NCBI GenBank assembly: GCA_964480435.1
Contig: CAYZSS010000027.1
Location: forward strand, 1 to 9,178
Length of the DNA stretch: 9,178 nucleotides
Origin: an uncultured archaeon
GTDB taxonomy: Archaea; Iainarchaeota; Iainarchaeia; Iainarchaeales; 0-14-0-20-30-16
Reading direction: 5' to 3'
Shown: one piece after another, positions 4,825 through 9,178 of the stretch
Layout of the letters: the number at the start of each line of letters is the position of its first letter
Numbering within the stretch: position 1 is the stretch's first letter
Program-made: the position numbers and the translations under genes
Notes under the pieces: generated by a model
Told to the model about the DNA's origin: nothing
Databases searched by the model: none
What the model saw: the letters and a program-made list of their open reading frames with translations, nothing else

Positions 4825-4844
4825 TGACGTTTGGGGGTTATCTT

Positions 4845-6056
4845 ATGAAAAAAATCTTTATTTTATTATTTTTATTACTTATTGCTTCTTTTGGATTCGC
4901 ACAATCAACAAATTTTGCATATATTTTGAATATGGATTCTACTTCTGTTTATCCTGATACTATCTATCCTAATAGTGAAGTAAGTATGAATATTACTCTT
5001 TCTAATGTATCTTCCTTATTGGATGCAACGGATGTGCAGGTTAGTTTGATACCTAATAGCAATGATTTTGAGCTAATTATAAGTATGGATAACTTGGCAG
5101 TTATAAAGGCAAATCAAACAGGAAACTTTGCATTGAGGTTTAAAGTGAAGAACACTGTTAAAGGTGGTTATTATACAATTCCAATAAAAATAGATTATTT
5201 GCGTGATGGTGTTGATAAATTTACAATAGATACTCAAACAACAATTAATGTAACAAATTATGATAAATTAAATATGGTATTAACTGAATATCCTTTGGAT
5301 AAAAAATATTTAGATGAAAAAGTGGAAATAAAAGGGTATGTAAAAAATGAAGGGAATAATACTCTAAAAGGAATAAAAATTGCAGCTGATTTTGGAACAA
5401 ATAAATTAATTAATTTGGATGAAATGACAAAATTTATAGGGGATTTGAATCCTCAAGAACAAAAAGAATTTACTTTTACTTTTTTAATATCAAAAAATGC
5501 AGATCCCACTCTATTTTCTATTGATCTGAATGCCTACGCTGTTGGATCTATTGGGGATTTGGAGAAAGTATCTTTTGTTGTTGAAGACGCTCCTTCTTTG
5601 ATTGTGTCGTCCATAGACAAATCATATAGTAATGGAGCTACTGATCTAAAACAAGACGGTGATTTTTCTTTGTCTGTACAACTGGAAAATATTTCTAAAT
5701 CAACAGTAAAATCAGTAATGATGAAGTTATTAGATAATAAACTTGTTGAAGGAACAAATATCGCATATGTTGGATCACTAGCACCTGATGATTCAAGTTC
5801 AGGTATATTTGATTTACATGCTTTTAGTAATGCAGAGGTTGGGCCACAATCAGTAATGGTGGAAGTATCTTTTTTGGACCAATATGATAAAGAATACAGC
5901 TTTACAAAAGAAATACCTTTATTTGTAAAAAGTAAAGATGCTTCTTATGGCTGGGTTTTATTCTTAATAATTATTATTGGTGGTGGATTAGGAGGATATT
6001 TTTACTACAAAAATAAAGGAAAGAAAAAAGCAGTAAAATCTTTAAAAGGTAATTAA
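4845..6056 (+). CDS. Secreted, C-terminally membrane-anchored protein with three CARDB/COG1361-like beta-sandwich repeats
   Basis: I prefer ATG 4845 (MKKIFILLFLLLIASFGFA signal peptide, with GGGGGT 7 nt upstream) over the ORF-track ATG 4824. Three units of roughly 105-120 aa (about nt 4914-5258, 5259-5582 and 5583-5939) repeat the same strand pattern. Examples are SEVSMNITLSNVS..DVQVSL, EKVEIKGYVKNEGNNTLKGIKIAADF and GDFSLSVQLENISKSTVKSVMMKLLD. A C-terminal TM, WVLFLIIIIGGGLGGYFYY (about nt 5949-6008), is followed by a KNKGKKK tail. The protein has no Cys, no lipobox and no PGF-CTERM motif. Confidence 0.7.
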   Translation: MKKIFILLFLLLIASFGFAQSTNFAYILNMDSTSVYPDTIYPNSEVSMNITLSNVSSLLDATDVQVSLIPNSNDFELIISMDNLAVIKANQTGNFALRFKVKNTVKGGYYTIPIKIDYLRDGVDKFTIDTQTTINVTNYDKLNMVLTEYPLDKKYLDEKVEIKGYVKNEGNNTLKGIKIAADFGTNKLINLDEMTKFIGDLNPQEQKEFTFTFLISKNADPTLFSIDLNAYAVGSIGDLEKVSFVVEDAPSLIVSSIDKSYSNGATDLKQDGDFSLSVQLENISKSTVKSVMMKLLDNKLVEGTNIAYVGSLAPDDSSSGIFDLHAFSNAEVGPQSVMVEVSFLDQYDKEYSFTKEIPLFVKSKDASYGWVLFLIIIIGGGLGGYFYYKNKGKKKAVKSLKGN

Positions 6057-6057
6057 G

Positions 6058-7206
6058 ATGCGAAATTTAATTAAGGTTGCATTCCTTAATATTTTTCGAA
6101 GGAAAAAGCGAACTGCTTTGGCTTTGCTTGGAATAATTGTTGGGATTGCATCGCTAATAATTTTAGTCTCCATTGTGGATGGCCTTTATCAGGATTCCAC
6201 AAAGACCTTGGGAAAATTACAAGGCGTAACTGTGTACAAAGCAGATGCTTTGGCCCCATTTGCCAGTGAGATGGATTTAAGTTATAAGTCTAAGCTTGAA
6301 AGTATTCAAGGGGTAAAAGAGGCAATACCTGAAATATTACAAATTATTGGTACTGTGGATAACCAAAAAGTAAGTTATACTGGTCCCCAAAATAGCTTAT
6401 CTTTGGTGGGTTTAAATCCTGATAATTATGGTGATCTAATTTATAATTCAGTAAAAGAAAATCTTGTTTCTGGGCAATTATTAAAATCTTCTGATAAAGA
6501 TTATGTTCTAATTTCTAAAAAGGTTTCAGAGGATTATAAAAAATCTATTGGTTCAAGAATAAAACTTGATGCAAAAGAGTATAAAGTAAAAGGTATTTTT
6601 GAGTCAGGTACTAGCTCTCTGGATAGGCAAATTCTAACAACTTTGGATGGAGCTAGGTTGGGGTATGAAATTGATTCTAGTTTTGTTAATTTATTTAATG
6701 TTGTTACCGTAAATCCCTCTGATTCTGATGCTGCAGCTAAGAAAATAGAATTTAAATACGAGGAACTTAAGGCTGTTGGTCAGCAGGAAAGACTTGAAGC
6801 AGTGGGTTCTTTTCTTGATAATTTAAGATATTTAGTGATACTGGTAACACTTATTGCTGCCATAATTGCTGGCTTAGGGGTAATAAATACAATGCTTATG
6901 TCAGTAATGGAAAGAACAAAAGAGATTGGTACTCTGAGGGCTGTTGGCTGGACAAGAGCAAATGTAATTTATTCTGTTATATTTGAATCTGGAATTATTG
7001 GTGCCACTGGTGGAATATTAGGGATTATCTTCGGGGTACTGGGGAGTTATGCTTTTTCATTAGGCTTTGGCTTAACTACGGCAGTATCATTTTTTTTAAT
7101 ATTTGAATGTTTTTTGTTTGCACTTATATTAGGTATTTTTGGCGGAATCTATCCTGCAATAGTGGCATCTAGAATGGTACCTGTTGAAGCATTGAGGGGT
7201 AACTAG
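6058..7206 (+). CDS. MacB/FtsX-family (type VII) ABC permease, paralogue 1
   Basis: The ATG lies 1 nt after the upstream stop. N-terminal FLNIFRRKKRT plus TM1 is followed by an extracytoplasmic domain of about 220 aa (MacB_PCD-like), then 3 TM helices. The FtsX hallmark block INTMLMSVMERTKEIGTLRAVGW is present, and the C-terminus reads GGIYPAIVASRMVPVEALRG. Confidence 0.9.
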   Translation: MRNLIKVAFLNIFRRKKRTALALLGIIVGIASLIILVSIVDGLYQDSTKTLGKLQGVTVYKADALAPFASEMDLSYKSKLESIQGVKEAIPEILQIIGTVDNQKVSYTGPQNSLSLVGLNPDNYGDLIYNSVKENLVSGQLLKSSDKDYVLISKKVSEDYKKSIGSRIKLDAKEYKVKGIFESGTSSLDRQILTTLDGARLGYEIDSSFVNLFNVVTVNPSDSDAAAKKIEFKYEELKAVGQQERLEAVGSFLDNLRYLVILVTLIAAIIAGLGVINTMLMSVMERTKEIGTLRAVGWTRANVIYSVIFESGIIGATGGILGIIFGVLGSYAFSLGFGLTTAVSFFLIFECFLFALILGIFGGIYPAIVASRMVPVEALRGN

Positions 7207-7207
7207 C

Positions 7208-8353
7208 ATGTATGCCTTAATTAAATCCGCATTTTTAAATATTTTTAGAAGAAAGAGCAGAAGCATATTAACTTTTTTAGGCATTGCAATAGGAATGGCT
7301 TTGCTTGTGGTTCTGATCTCTTTTGTAAATGGTATTAATGCGGAAGCCCAAGGAAGCATAGGAAAAATGCAGGGCATAATCGTGTCTCAAGAATCAGCGA
7401 TGGACCAGGTTTTTAGTTCTCTTGATGAGTCATATGAATTCAAATTGAAAAAAATTCATGGAGTAAAAGATGTTGTTCCAGAATATTTTTATTTTGTTAC
7501 TGAAATTCAAGATAAACCTTTAACTACCTCTATATTGGATATGCCTTATATTTATGCAATAAATCCAGGACAATTTGAAAATAGTAGTTATAGTGCATTT
7601 ATTGATAATATGTATAAAGGAAGGGCAGTAAGGTCTGGAGATAATGGCGTAGTAATGATCTCAAAGTCTTTGTCTGAAAAATATTTGAAAAGTGTTGGAG
7701 ATAGCATAAAAATTGGAAATGCAAAATTTGATGTTATTGGTATATATGAAGTTAATTCTTCATTTTCTGTAAATGCAATAATTATGCCATTAATGGATTT
7801 TAAAGAAAATTATAATTATACTAAAGGCAAAGTAAATTCTTTTTATATTGTTCTTGATGCCAGTGCAGATGCGTCTCAGGTGGTAAAAAATATAGAATTT
7901 AATTATGATAACTTGAAGGCTCAGGGGCAACAAGAAATGATGGAGCAAATAAATGGTTTGCTTCTGAATCTAACCTTAATTGCTTTGTTTATTTCTTTAA
8001 TTTCCGCATTGGTTGCTGCTATTGGAATAATTAATACGATGCTAATGTCAGTAATGGAGAGAACAAAAGAAATTGGTACTCTTAAGGCTGTGGGCTGGTC
8101 AAGAAAGAATATTATTTTTATGATAATACTTGAATCTGTGTTTTTAGGTATTTTTGGCAGTTTTTTTGGAGTTGTTTTTGGAATATTAATAAGTAGCGCG
8201 CTTTCTTCTTTAATTGGAATTCAAACTATTGTATCTGCTGGTTTAATTATTGAAGTATTTTTGTATGGTATTTTTATGGGCCTGCTGGGTGGAATTTACC
8301 CGGCAATAAAAGCATCAAAACTTGACCCTGTTGAAGCATTGAGAGATGAGTAA
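7208..8353 (+). CDS. MacB/FtsX-family (type VII) ABC permease, paralogue 2
   Basis: The ATG lies 1 nt after the upstream stop. The architecture matches 6058-7206 (FLNIFRRKSRS...INTMLMSVMERTKEIGTLKAVGW...GGIYPAIKASKLDPVEALR), but the extracytoplasmic domain is clearly diverged. Confidence 0.9.
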   Translation: MYALIKSAFLNIFRRKSRSILTFLGIAIGMALLVVLISFVNGINAEAQGSIGKMQGIIVSQESAMDQVFSSLDESYEFKLKKIHGVKDVVPEYFYFVTEIQDKPLTTSILDMPYIYAINPGQFENSSYSAFIDNMYKGRAVRSGDNGVVMISKSLSEKYLKSVGDSIKIGNAKFDVIGIYEVNSSFSVNAIIMPLMDFKENYNYTKGKVNSFYIVLDASADASQVVKNIEFNYDNLKAQGQQEMMEQINGLLLNLTLIALFISLISALVAAIGIINTMLMSVMERTKEIGTLKAVGWSRKNIIFMIILESVFLGIFGSFFGVVFGILISSALSSLIGIQTIVSAGLIIEVFLYGIFMGLLGGIYPAIKASKLDPVEALRDE

Positions 8354-9041
8354 TATGGAAGAATTTATAATAAAAGTAAAAGATGTAGTAAAAACTTACA
8401 TAATGGGTGAAACAACAGTAAATGCCCTTAATGGTGTTAGTCTGGATATAAAAAAGGGAGAGATAGTAATGATTTTGGGCCCATCAGGAAGTGGAAAATC
8501 TACTTTGCTACATCTTCTTGGTGCTTTGGATCACCCTACTTCTGGACAAGTATACATAAAAGGAAAATTAATTTCTGACCTGGATGATTTTAGCCTAGCA
8601 GTTTTTAGAAGATATTACTTGGGCTTTGTATTTCAATCTTTTAATCTAATACCTACTCTTAATGTTTTAGAAAATGTTCTTATTCCCACTATCCCAGATG
8701 GTTCTGATTCAAGTAAAAGAAAAAGGGCTATTGATCTTTTGAATATAGTTGGGTTGTCCCATAGATTGGTGCATAAGCCTTCAGAATTGTCTGGCGGAGA
8801 GAGGCAGAGGGTAAGTATTGCAAGATCTTTAATTAATGACCCTGAGATAATATTTGCAGATGAACCTACAGGTAATTTAGACACCAAAACAGGGCAAAGC
8901 ATTATTGACCTTATTTTAAAGCTTAGAAAGGAAGAAAAAAAGACTTTTGTGATTGTTACCCATGATCCATCTTTAACTAAATATGCTGATAAAATTTTCT
9001 ATATTCGGGATGGGAAAATTAGCAATGCAAAAGGGGTATAA
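8346..9041 (+). CDS. ABC transporter ATP-binding protein, MacB/LolD (COG1136-like) type
   Basis: Motifs present: Walker A GPSGSGKST (from nt 8478), Q-loop FVFQSFNL, signature LSGGERQRV, Walker B IIFADEPTGNLD and H-loop VTHD. The start is either ATG 8346 (8-nt overlap with the permease) or ATG 8355 (1 nt after its stop). Confidence 0.93.
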   Translation: MSNMEEFIIKVKDVVKTYIMGETTVNALNGVSLDIKKGEIVMILGPSGSGKSTLLHLLGALDHPTSGQVYIKGKLISDLDDFSLAVFRRYYLGFVFQSFNLIPTLNVLENVLIPTIPDGSDSSKRKRAIDLLNIVGLSHRLVHKPSELSGGERQRVSIARSLINDPEIIFADEPTGNLDTKTGQSIIDLILKLRKEEKKTFVIVTHDPSLTKYADKIFYIRDGKISNAKGV

Positions 9042-9058
9042 TCACGCAGTAACCTAAA

Positions 9059-9065
9059 TCTTTTT
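9059..9065 (+). terminator. Oligo-T tract (TCTTTTT) downstream of the ABC operon
   Basis: This is the first T-run after the 9041 stop, and archaeal termination uses oligo-T. The evidence is weak in such AT-rich DNA. Confidence 0.25.
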
Positions 9066-9116
9066 AATAACTATATGCTTTATATATATCAGTAGTTTAG
9101 GTAAAGGTGAAAGCAA

Positions 9117-9178
9117 ATGATATACGTAATCGGGGCAGATTTTGCAGGATTAAGATTTGCAAATTATCTGTCTGACCT
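9117..9178 (+). CDS. 5' end of an ORF running off the window (MIYVIGADFAGLRFANYLSD...), possibly a dinucleotide-binding (Rossmann) protein
   Basis: ATG 9117 is preceded by AGGTGA (9105-9110), and a TATA-like CTTTATATATATC lies at 9078-9090. The N-terminal beta-strand plus G-x-x-x-x-G (VIGADFAG) resembles an FAD/NAD(P)-binding N-terminus. Only 20 codons are visible. Confidence 0.3.
   Translation, partial: MIYVIGADFAGLRFANYLSD

Noticed and set aside
4824-4844. Upstream ATG 4824 (MTFGGYL...) as the start of the surface protein
   Set aside because: The seven extra residues would precede an otherwise canonical n-region/h-region signal peptide that starts MKK. ATG 4824 lies inside the TATATATA element and has no SD, whereas ATG 4845 has GGGGGT upstream. 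I kept it only as an alternative.
4845-6056. Six N-X-S/T sequons (NIT, NVS, NQT, NVT, NNT, NIS) in the surface protein as evidence that it is the target of the adjacent glycan cluster
   Set aside because: The protein is very Asn- and Ser/Thr-rich because of the AT-biased genome, so about this many sequons is expected by chance. No oligosaccharyltransferase (AglB) is present in the window.
7129-7377. Antisense ORF (82 aa) spanning the permease1/permease2 junction
   Set aside because: It sits opposite two well-supported, translationally coupled permease genes and has no motifs or start signals.
8633-8902. Antisense ORF (89 aa) opposite the ABC ATPase
   Set aside because: It sits opposite the Q-loop, signature and Walker B region of a textbook NBD, so it is a chance open frame.
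9052-9102. Inverted repeat ACCTAAA (9052-9058) / TTTAGGT (9096-9102) around the promoter of the last ORF
   Set aside because: The stem is only 7 bp and A/T-rich, with a 37-nt loop. It is thermodynamically weak and of a kind expected by chance in this composition.
1-9178. Alternative genetic code or stop-codon reassignment
   Set aside because: All nine long ORFs are uninterrupted under the standard code and end where their domain architectures are complete, so nothing requires recoding.

Overview
This is a strongly AT-rich prokaryotic window with every supported gene on the + strand. I assign it to an archaeon because it carries a tRNA(CAU) split at position 37/38 by a 59-nt intron that folds into a textbook bulge-helix-bulge (BHB) splice motif, set among tightly packed, operon-like genes. 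A small-genome, DPANN-like lineage is my guess only. The layout has three parts. (1) 8-4249 is a cell-envelope glycan cluster: a class I SAM methyltransferase, a GT-C (ArnT/PMT-like) membrane glycosyltransferase, a GT2 with the processive D,D,D,QxxRW signature, and a membrane-anchored extracytoplasmic thioredoxin-fold CxxC protein. (2) 4250-4844 is an unusually long (~0.6 kb) non-coding island. It holds the intron-bearing tRNA, a partial second copy of the tRNA 3' end 127 nt downstream (att-like), tandemly duplicated GC-hairpin/T-tract modules, and a small family of T-run/A-run palindromes. (3) 4845-9041 is a translationally coupled four-gene unit: a signal-peptide, C-terminally anchored protein built of three CARDB-like beta-sandwich repeats, two diverged MacB/FtsX-type permease paralogues, and one MacB/LolD-type ATPase. 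That is a LolCDE-like heterodimeric type VII ABC machine with a surface beta-sandwich partner instead of a membrane-fusion adaptor, and it is my best candidate for an uncharacterised system. A further ORF starts at 9117 and runs off the window. No CRISPR array, transposase, integrase or rRNA is visible. All functional calls rest on motifs I read in the translations; no database search was run.
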